A DNA stretch of 64,000 nucleotides from Eledone cirrhosa. Taxonomy: Eukaryota. Shown piece by piece: positions 54,065 to 64,000 of the stretch. Position 1 is the first letter of the stretch, and each line of letters opens with the position of its first letter. The notes under the pieces were generated by a model that was not told where the DNA came from, made no database searches, and saw nothing but the letters and a program-made list of their open reading frames with translations. A program made the translations under genes and the position numbers. The stretch lies in contig OZ024761.1 in assembly GCA_964016885.1 (NCBI GenBank), forward strand, positions 4,836,001 through 4,900,000, given 5' to 3'.

Positions 54065-56190
54065 GTGGGCGGCAGAGCCAAAGGAGAGTGTAGAGACCTA
54101 CCTTTCCGCTTCCCGGGGTTCGGGTCGCACGACTTCCATGGGGTTGGGGGGTGTTGGGTGAAGGGGTGTTTTGTGGTGGTGTGGGGTCGTCAGTGTGTGG
54201 TGGGGTTGGGGTGTTTGGAGTTGTGTTGGGGAGGGGAAGGGGAGGGGGAAAGCTTTTTAGTAGGACGCGGTTTATGGGTTTGACAGAGGGTGGTCCTACG
54301 TCCTCCTTAAAATCCTTTTTTAGTTTTTGGTAGAGGTTCATTGGGATCTTTATTAATTTTAAATGTGGGTAGTTTTCTGAAGAAACAAAGTTTACACCTT
54401 CGGTTTGTACCGAAGGATTATTGTATATGAGTTCATTTAATTTATTATTGTTTCTGTTGATGTAAGTATAGTGTAATGTCTTTTTTTCGGATGGTGTGAG
54501 TGTTTCGAAGAGGGGAGGGGCAGGTTTGGTTTTGTTTGTTGCTGGAGGGGTGTTTTGTGTTTTGTTGGATTGTGTTGAGATTTGGGTGGGGGTTGTTTGG
54601 CCTTGTGTGTTTTGCACATGTTTTCTTTTTTTCCTTTTAATCTGTCTGAAGGACTCCGTTTCTTCCTCCGAATTCGTTGGGTTATCTTCAGTGTTGGAGG
54701 GAAGAGGTATGTTTGCTGGTAATGTTTCCGTGTTGGTTTTCTTTGTGGGGGAGATGGATGTCACTATGTTAGACTGTGTTGTGTGTTGTGGCTGCGGTGG
54801 TTATATTGTTTTATTGAGTGAGGGGTTGGGTGGGCCTGTATTTTGTTTTGGGGTAATGTGTTGTGACTGTTTGTGTTGTGGTGGTGGTGTAGTTTTACTG
54901 AGGGACGGGTTGGGTGGGACTGAGTTTTGTTGTTTGTTTATCTGTTGTCGTGGTGGAGCTGGTGTTGGTAGCAGGGTTTTCTTTTTGTTGAGTTGGGGAC
55001 AAGCGGCCTTCAGGTGCCCTCTGCCTGCACAGATATGACAGGACGGCCTTCTCCCCTCCACGCTAATGTTTATATACCCGTGGCCCTCTAATAGGATTCT
55101 GTCGGGTATTTGGGCGATGCGTTCAGGCTTCATTTGCACTACCAGCTCTATACCTGTTCCACTGAACGCATTGCCTGTGGTTTTCCCAATGGAAATCACG
55201 TTGTCATTCACTGGATCGATGAAGCCAGCTATGAGCCAGCAGTAGTCCACATCTGGCATCATTGCATTCAGCCATATGCGTTGAGTTCTTTTACCCATAT
55301 AAGATGGATAAAAGGTAAAATTTTTCGAACGAATCGGTGACAAAGCACATTTTTTTGCCGCCGATTCGTTCTTCATAATAATTGCTAGGCTTCCATACAG
55401 TCTGTCTTTTCTTATGAAAGTGGTTTCATTAAGTACTTCTGTGAGTACTGTTTTGATATCTGCCTGAGTTGGCTGTTCAGGTTTTTTTGAAGTGTTGTTG
55501 ATGGTGCGGAACACGACCGTTCGACTTTCAATGTCTTTGGTGAGTTCTTGAGGCATTTTTACCGATAAAATACCATTCTCTCCTTCACTTATGTATTGTT
55601 TGGCGTCTGTGATTCTTCGTGCCACATCAGGTATATATGTCAAAGATTTCTTTGTTGTTTGTGCAAACGAAATCTTGTTGACTATGTCGTCTGCTTTGCT
55701 TTCTGTTATGGTGTTATTTTCAAATGTTATTTTTGTGTTTGTTGTGTCTTTGTTTGTGGTATTAGTATTGTCATGCAATTTTTCAAATTTTTTTTTTTCT
55801 TTGTTGGAATCCATGTCCAGATTTGTGTTTTCGTCATTTTTCTCCGCAGATTCGTCTGTTTTTATTTTATTTTTTCCTTCCTTCTCTATGACGTTAGTTG
55901 GGAAGGAAGGGGGGGGACTAAAGCGTGCGAGCTTACAACTCTTACCGCTGTCCCCCCACCACTATTTTCGTTCGCTTCGTTTAACATTTCTGTCAGACGA
56001 TTGAAATTTTTTACCACAAAATTTTTTAAAACAGGTTTTTCACCTCTAGGAAGGGTAAAGATGAGCTGACCCACCGCCTGACAGTTCAGACGGAGGGTCA
56101 AGCTACACAATTGTATCAAAATTAAATTTGAACTCACAAAATTTCCGCAATGAATTTGAACAAAACTTCTGCGCGAAGTGAATTACATCC
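52390..56190 (-). mobile_element. Tx1/L1-clade LINE, 3'-truncated
   Basis: ORF1 + ORF2 arrangement; RT stops after GDAQTCAI..SIH. Confidence 0.88.
54065..55814 (-). CDS. Tx1/L1 ORF1 with CCHC zinc knuckle (broken near 54800)
   Basis: ISVEGRRPSCHICAGRGHLKAACP; Pro/Thr/Lys-rich tail continues in ORF 53988-54764. Confidence 0.8.
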
Positions 56191-56263
56191 ACACTGTAGA
56201 ACAGACAACAGCTAGATTAATAGATAAATAAATAGATAGATAGATAGATATATAGATAGATAT

Positions 56264-56336
<73 letters not shown>

Positions 56337-56409
56337 GAGAGAGAGGGGGCGTACAGCACTGGAAGGTAATATCTGTAGTGGTAGAGCACTCAGTCCATGG
56401 GACGACTTT

Positions 56410-56560
56410 GGTAGAAGTGGTTACACAACAGTTAGTTCACCATACCGAGAGACAATCGTTTCACCTTAGCGGATCTTCAGCTCGTACGCGCTGAAGATCC
56501 GCTAAGGTGAAATAATTGTTCTCGGTATGGTGAACTAACTGCTGTGTTACCACTTCTGTA
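56410..56560. mobile_element. Fold-back mini-element with back-to-back hammerheads (56446-56484 -, 56487-56524 +)
   Basis: cgag CTGAAGA t cc gctaa gg t GAAA cgattg TC tctcg and its inverted copy. Confidence 0.75.
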
Positions 56561-56561
56561 A

Positions 56562-56604
<43 letters not shown>

Positions 56605-56801
56605 TGAGGAAATATGGTGCGAAGCTAGTTTCATGAAGACTGTAGAAAGTAGAGACGGCTATTAAGGGAACACGTTGTGTGAGAGAGTATAGAACAGGAA
56701 AATAAATATGTAAACCTCTGTACACACTCACCCAGGGGCATATGTTCGTTGCTTGCAGATCCACGAGATCATGGATGTAAATATATACACACACACGCGC
56801 A

Positions 56802-56864
<63 letters not shown>

Positions 56865-57681
56865 GGGATAACAGATTATTGTTATAGTTAGTTCACTTAG
56901 GTGTAGTCCAGTTAGGGTACTCCGAGTAGTGGATGATATCTACGCTTGGCTAAGTTTGACTCAACAAGGCGTTTCCATAGTGATGCTGCGAGTACGCGGT
57001 GATTTCTATGTTGTTAACACTTGGAGTAATGATAAATCAAGAAAGAAGATTGACACCGTTTGCTATGCAAAAAAGGTGATGATGTGAAAGCTAAACAACC
57101 CCATGATTCGAACTAACAATCCCCTCATCTAATATAGACCACATAAATATTGAATCCACTTCACACCACAAATATTACTATTCTCACTACAATGATAAAT
57201 ATTTTATCTGTCAGATAATAAATAATTCTTACAGTCACCAGACCTACAGTAAAGGACTACATTGTTTAAAGCCCCGGCTTATCTCTACACTATATATAAT
57301 ACACCCAATGACAGCTTTTACATGTCAATTTCATACATCTGCCTCATATCAGCTCGTTTTACATGCTAAAGTCGTAGGTATACTCTATGTCTTACTTAGA
57401 TTGATGTGATTATTTCAAATAATTTATTGCTAGCATTGTTAATATTGTTGTTATTGTTCTGATTGAATGCCATTACTATATATAGAAGCCATGCCTGTGT
57501 ATTCCCTTCATTCTCGCTAGCTCTGATGAATTGACTGGTTATAACTATGTATTGGTGATCGATTGACGCGAAAACAAGCGGGTAGCAATCTCTAGACCTA
57601 CCAGTTCAGAGAAACAATTGTCAGCAATGTGATTAAAAACCTTTTTTGTATAGCAAACCGTGTCACTCTTCTTTCTTGATT

Positions 57682-57690
<9 letters not shown>
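56865..57690 (+). mobile_element. PLE-terminus element with inverted end and long-stem-II hammerhead (57520-57625)
   Basis: gct CTGATGA attg actgg...ccagt tcaga GAAA caattg TC agc; ~57033-57078 inverts ~57640-57685. Confidence 0.72.
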
Positions 57691-57740
<50 letters not shown>

Positions 57741-57933
57741 TAAAAGGAAAAGAAAATGCTGACAATTTGTTCCCAGTGAAAAATAGTTTAATTAGGAATA
57801 AGTAAAAATTAGTAATAAGTATTGGTTAGTATTCAGTTTTAGTTTTAAGTTTTTACCGGTTGCGCATTTCTAATGCTTTTCAAAAATAATTTTGAGATAG
57901 AGCGCCCGTGATGTTTGCTCATATATATATATA

Positions 57934-59512
57934 CTAGCAGTTTAGCCAGGCGTTGCTCGGGTTTGTTCATTTGCTATGAAAAGTTACATACAGGTAAACG
58001 TGGCTTGAAAGCGAATAAGCTTATCAATTAAGTGCATAAAACAGTTGAACCGGTTATTAAAAGTTACGAACCAATTAGCATTTTGGACAATCAATGATGG
58101 GTTAATAATCTTCCAATAGCGAATTTAGCAGACCAAAGTTGCAAGATGGTGGCCCTGATGCCGCTGGGTGTCAGATCTGTCCGCCATGGGTGACCCTACC
58201 AGGAAATAGTTTTCCAGACGGCATAGCTCCAACACCTCCAACACCTACACCAACATCTATAGCACCTCTTTGTAGACGATATTGCGTGTCATCCCTTGAG
58301 GAGTGTAAGCAAAAAGTCCATTCCTGCTCCTTACGCAGGAACAGGCAACATAAAGTTGGCCATGGGAGAAGCATATATATAAGGATCGATCGACTTTCGT
58401 CAAATCGGACCGAGGAAACAATGTTTTCGTTGGTCTTTCCAGTTGCTAATACTATCTATCGGTCGCAACTCCAGGTAGAAGGAGCAACGTGAAATAAAGT
58501 GTCTTGCTCAAGGACATAACGCATCGCCCGGTCCAGGAATCGAACTCACAATCTCAAGATTGTGAATCCAATTCTCTAACCACTCAGCCACACGCCTTCA
58601 CTCGGGGAATAATCTATTATAGAGAGAGGTAAGAGCGATGGAGAAGCATGGATCCCCCAAATGGATGTCCGCCACCGACAATGTTTGCCCTTGTGGTTTG
58701 TTAATGGACATGGCAAAACATGGTCTCACGAGGAATTGGGATCGCCGGAAATCGAACGGGATATCTGACGCCGAGGGGAAAAGGTTCATCCTTGGCAGTG
58801 TATTCGGCAGAATTGCCAGAAGTACAACATTAATCTGTTATATGAAGTGTTTTTGCGGGTTGTTATTTGCAATTAGCCGATTTAAAATACCCCATAAAAG
58901 CCGTATGTCAATACGGAACTCCAATGACTCCCCCAGCAGTTAAATTATAGAGAGGGGGAATAATCTATTATAGAGAGAGGTAAGAGCGATGGAGAGAGTA
59001 CAGATAAGAAACTATAGGGAGGTGTGTAAAACAGTGTTGTCATATAGAAAGTGAAGAGCGACGGAGAGAGTAAAGCTAAGAAACTATAGGAGGTGTGTAA
59101 ACCTCAAAGCGTGAAGAGATTAAAGCAGTTAAATTATAGAGAGGGGGAATGATCTATTATAGAGAGAGGGAAGAGCGACGGAGAGAGCGTTATGACTATG
59201 TTTGTTGTTGTATAAAATGATGTGTTGCTTAGTTTTCAAAGTTTATGTCGCGTTCCTGAACGAAGTTTTGTCGCTGTTGGGTAGTAGAGAGAGTGAATAA
59301 GCGTGTAAGAGAGAGGGTTACAGCATGTATTTAGTTTTATCGATTTGTTTCATAGAAGCAGGAAATCTTTGGCAAAGTTTATTACGCGTTGACCATCGTT
59401 GGTAAATTTGGAGCACATTGGAAAAGAAATTATCAAAATCGGTAGAGAAATGTGGAAATGCATAAAAAATCGTACACACACAGAGACAGACATCTTCCGT
59501 TTTATATATATA
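57934..59512 (-). mobile_element. Non-autonomous Helitron with PIF1-like helicase remnant (~58630-58800) and nested insertions
   Basis: 3' GC hairpin + CTAG at 57934-57965 (-); PFDFRRSQFLVRPCFAMSINKPQGQTL..PCFS. Confidence 0.78.
58478..58600 (-). mobile_element. tRNA-derived SINE head nested in the Helitron
   Basis: ggcgtgtggctgagtggttagag (A box)..gagttcgattcc (B box)..ccttgagcaagacac. Confidence 0.8.
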
Positions 59513-59622
59513 AAAAAAAAGATAACCAAAGATATGGTTCGTTGATTACTCAATGAAATATATATTGCAGTATATCTATAATTTATAATAAACGAAGCCA
59601 AATTTTACATATTTGACTTAAT

Positions 59623-59658
<36 letters not shown>

Positions 59659-59769
59659 CGAAGGAAGTGTGGTAAGGAACCAGATGGACCATAACGCCCC
59701 AGAGTACTCAATACTTAGAGTAGTAGAGTGGGTAATAGGAAAATATTTGACCCCGACGGCAGAGCTCAA

Positions 59770-62700
59770 TGAAGGTTAAAACACAAATATAGTATCAGAA
59801 GTTTGTCATAAGAACATTAGGAGGATACATAATATGGGAATTAATCATAAGTATTAACATTCATATCAGAAAAGATAACAAAGGTAGAAGAAACATATGA
59901 AAAATATGAGCATATAAATGCAATAAAATGATATTAGGAGCAGCTTAAAGCATTCTGGTATAGAGAAACATCCTGCTATAGAAAGGTTAAGTATAGTGCA
60001 AGACATATATCATAATTAGTAAATAAACATATATCGTAATCATTACAAAAGTTTATAAAGTTAATAAGAGTAGGCGTGCAGTTCAGATATAAATTTAAGA
60101 ATATACAAATACATCTCCAAAAGATATTTTTAATAATGGATATAAAAAGTTTGATGCGTCTCTCTCTCCAGGACTGCAGCTCCGCCAAGGAGACGAGCTG
60201 GGGAAAAGCGCTTCTGGCAAACGGTGACCACACTTGTTCAACGTCAAGGAAGCACCAGAGATGTCGCAGTCTCAGCGCATGTTTGCGCATCATCAGACAC
60301 GGCATGTCCTCCACGCAACGGGTGTTGACAGCAGAGGGATCGTCTGACCATAGGAGCACGTCCCTTCTACAAAAAGCAGAAGAGAAGGCGCTCCATTTTG
60401 GTCAGAAGTGGGCGGGGGCAAGGTACGACGGTCAGTACGCATGTACGCATTTGCCACCTCCGCCCGACCTTTCAGAGACAGCCTCCTCTCAGCCCATTTC
60501 TGGGTGAGTGAGGCCACCCTGCTCGTCGCCTTGCTCCATGGTATGGACTTGGTCTCTCCAGGTGCCGAGTTGCAAGACCACCGACTTTTCCTGGTTTATC
60601 TTTGCTCCTGTCACCGCTTCGTATTCCTTGAGAGCGGTGCCGAGCATCTGGACGTGTTTGGTGCTCCACACCACCACGGTGACGTCGTCGGCGTAAACTG
60701 ACACGGATCTCCCGCATCCCAGTTCGCGTAGGACCCCCCCTCATCGTCTCCAATTTGTGCAGTAACGGCTCGAAGGCCAATACGTAGAAGAAGGACGAGA
60801 GCGGGCAACCCTGGCGGACCGAGCGCATGATGCTGAACGGCTGCGACAGGTGACCATTGACCCTCACAATCGAGCATATGTCGCTGTGCATCGCAGCTAT
60901 CCATCCCCTAAAAACGGGCCCGAAACCGGCAGCCTCGAGGACCGCAGCCAGGTACCGATGGTCAACCCTATCAAATGCTTTAGATAGATCCAAGTTGATC
61001 AGGGCCCCACTCGTGCCAAGTTCTTTAACCACCCTCTCTATAATGTATCGCATGAGATGGAGGTTGTCGTGGATGGATCTGTCCGGAATGGTACATGTCT
61101 GCGCCTCTCCCACCAGATCACTAACGACAAGCGCCAATCTCTTTGCTAACACCTTGGCCAAAATCTTAAACTCTGCGTTTAACAGAGTTATGAGCCTGGA
61201 GTTGTCTATAACATCCCCCTTGTTTGGGTCTTTTCTCAGCAGCGCCACCGCTCCCCGGGTCATTAAACTGGGAATGCTCTCGTTCTGCTGTCAGTTGCAG
61301 TAGACATCTGCCAAGAGGTCGCCGAACAAGTCTGGCATATACGCATAAAGCTCGTAGGGCAGACCATCCAAACCTGGCGATTTACCCCTCATGCAGTCAG
61401 ACATTGCTTCCCGTATTTCACCTGCTGTTGTCGGCTTTTCGCAGCACTGCGTTGCGGTCGTCACTCCCGAACAATTGAGCAAAGTGCTGTTGAAAAGCTG
61501 CACACATCTGCTCGGGTTCGAGCAGCATGCGTCCGTTTTGATCAGGCAAAGACCAAATTGTGGACTTGTTGCCACGTCGCGCCTCCATCACCCGGGCCCA
61601 TTGAACGGCTTTCGTCCCCTCGTGTCTTAGAGCACACGCTCTAGCTCTGACAACGCAGTCTTCATGCTTTGCGTTGAAGAATTGGTCGAGTACCAATTTC
61701 GTCGCAAGCACGTCAGTTGCGATGACTGTCCTAAACGCCTCTTCTAGCTTTCTAACTAACTTTCCCTATTTCCTCTATCACTACTCCTTTGCTAAGCCTT
61801 ATCGATTCTACTCTAATAACCCTTTTTCAGAGTAAACCACCACCTGTTGTTGACGATCGCACCCGTCAACGCACGCTTAACTAATTCGCTAATCCGGTCT
61901 CTGTAAGCTTTTCGCGCCGGGAAAGACGCGTTCAGCTTCCAGTAACCGGGCCCTTGCCTATGGAGTCTATCTAAGTCAACTTCACAGATCACAAATTTGT
62001 GGTCCATGTGTTCGACTACTTTAAATTGTGGACAACCTACACTAGCCTTATCTGTTTCTCTACAGAATACCCTATCTAAATACGATCTGGATGACCCGAT
62101 GCGGTTTGCCCATGTCCACATTGGCACATTCAAAGAATCCAGTTTATACCTGACAGACAGTTCAAAACGTCTGAGCAGGTTGTTGAGGCTTTTGCACCCT
62201 CCTCCCCTGTCTACTAGCCCCACATAATCCCAGCATGCATCTAAGATCCCGTTCCAGTCGCCCACTAACACTAAAGGGCGAGACGTTCCAAGAAAAGTCT
62301 CGAGACGTCTGAAGAAATTTGGCCGTCCTACCCCTGTTGGGGCGTAGACGGCTACTAGCCTGAAAGCATTGCCTTCGCTGCCGGTCACGTCCAACATCAC
62401 CGACTTACCTTCTGGATCCAAGAAGATGGCCCGTATGGCGAGATCCAAGCCTCTCCGAAAAAGCACAGCAACTCCTCCTCCCGATCCTGGACGGCTGGGA
62501 GATGCGTATACATCGTAGCCGCCGATGATCGGTGCGAAGGCTCGTGCTTCGGAGATTCTGGTCTCGCTGATGGCCACCACAACTATGTTTAGTGACCTGA
62601 GGTTGTTGAGCAGGTGACCCTGCTTCCAAGATGACCCCAGGCCACGTAAATTTATACTGCCTATTCTAAGTACGGTCCTGCTGCGTGAGGAACGGTGTAA

Positions 62701-63325
62701 GTGATAAAGTAACACTTACCTTGTATTTCGTTGATATTGTTGCTGTTGCTATTGTTATTGTTGTTGTTGCTGTTGTTGTGGTTGTCACCGTTGTTGATAT
62801 TGTCGTTTTTGTTGTTGTTGATATTGTTGTATTTGTTGTCGTTTTTTGTTTTTGTTGGTGTTGTTGTCATTATTGCAGTTGTTGTTGATGGTGCTTTTGT
62901 CGTTCTTGTTCACGACTGTTTCTTTTTTTTTACTGTTTTTCGTAATGTCGCTGTTGTTGTTGCTGTTGTCATTGTTGTTGGTGGTGGTGGTGTTGGCGAT
63001 ATTGCCTGATGTGTTGTTACATTTTAAAATTGTTGCGGGAGGGGCAGCGTTATTAGCCTCAAAGCTTGACTCGCTGTCGCAAGACAGCAAACTCAAAGTT
63101 GGGGGGCGTGGCTCCGTCATGTTTGATTTTTCGATAAAAACTTTCTTTTAAACACACAAAGGTTAAATATTTAGGCCAAAAGGCTCAAATATTATGGGGA
63201 GTCCTTTCTTGGGGTAAAAGACTAAAGTCTTATTTCCCATTTGAAACAAAAATAATAATAACAAACGTATTTCAAACCGTAGAAAAAAACAAACTTACGA
63301 GCTCACGATAGTACGTCCATTCGCT
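59770..63325 (-). mobile_element. Second, degenerate Tx1/L1-clade LINE (frameshifted APE-RT, ORF1 largely deleted)
   Basis: ORFs 61813-62715 (APE), 61291-61711, 60472-61263 (DLSKAFDRVDH, VRQGCPLS), YADD at ~60690; related to the 52-56 kb copy. Confidence 0.88.
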
Positions 63326-63327
63326 TT

Positions 63328-63536
63328 AATGATTTCTAGTATAGGAACAAGGCCAGCAATTTTAAGGGAGGGTAAAGTCAATTAAATCGACCCCAGTACA
63401 TTACTGGTGCCTTATTTTATCGACTCCGTGAGGATGAAAGGCAAATCAACCTCGGCGGGATTGAGCTCAGAATGTTGAGAGTCATAACTCTATGCTGTGA
63501 AGCACGGTGATGTTCTGCTGATACTGCCGAACCACC
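63328..63536 (-). mobile_element. tRNA-derived SINE
   Basis: Reverse complement of the SINE consensus. Confidence 0.82.
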
Positions 63537-63689
63537 AATAAAGACGATTTGTTATGTTTTCATTACATTTATTGAGTAGAGACGCGCGTTTCGCTATTGA
63601 TAAACTCATGGGTCAATCTGTATTGACTCATTATTTAGCCTTAATAAGTTAATTATTTTTACATGTATTTCATTACTGCACTAGGGCTT

Positions 63690-64000
63690 GATGAATACAG
63701 CCACAAGGATATGGTCCGAACGTGGAAGAGCCGAACTTCCACTGTCATCACCCCCATCTCTCTCGCCCTCCCCATCTCTCAGTATGGTAAGCAAATGTGG
63801 TCGCACGTGCTAGCCTCCCTACAGCCCCGGCGGACAGAATGGAGAAGGCGTTTCCCCGAAGGGTGGTAAAGGAGATGCGTTGGAAGAGCCATTCCAACTC
63901 GCGAGGCTCACACCTGCGGCTGCCCAGCTCAGCGCCTATGGTGGTGAGTAGAGAGGTAGCCCTAGGGCCAAGGACACCAGAAGTCTCCACTGCTACAGGT
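63690..64000 (-). mobile_element. CRE-like non-LTR element, restriction-like endonuclease C-terminus
   Basis: PVAVETSGVLGP..EPRELEWLFQRIS..LRGNA. Confidence 0.75.

Noticed and set aside
58530-58600. tRNA gene
   Set aside because: An A/B-box head continuing into a SINE body; no complete cloverleaf evident.

Overview
Eukaryotic, extremely repeat-rich and AT/microsatellite-rich DNA. It is probably cephalopod (octopus-like), inferred from the tRNA-derived SINE family, the dense (TA)n/(CATA)n/(TG)n arrays and the retroelement mix. Most ORFs in the track are microsatellite translation artefacts. Real coding remnants are all transposon-derived: several Penelope-like elements (PLEs; RT + GIY-YIG, including Naiad-type CxCx5C copies and a near-intact copy at 19.3-22.6 kb), a near-intact RTE-type LINE with one internal TAG (32.8-36.1 kb), two Tx1/L1-type LINEs, R4/Dong, CRE and RTE fragments, two Tc1/mariner remnants, a Helitron remnant, a TA-flanked MITE and SINEs. 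The main hidden signal is non-coding. About 30 type-I minimal hammerhead ribozyme motifs (CUGANGA-stem II-GAAA-palindromic stem III-UH) were read by eye, mostly in fold-back or head-to-tail mini-elements inserted in (TA)n. At least one family is a ~320-nt ORF-less unit with covarying stems and another has a ~483-nt period, i.e. candidate retrozyme-like self-cleaving RNA elements mobilised by PLE reverse transcriptases. Two possible minus-strand host exons were also seen. All alignments and folds are manual; element boundaries are approximate.
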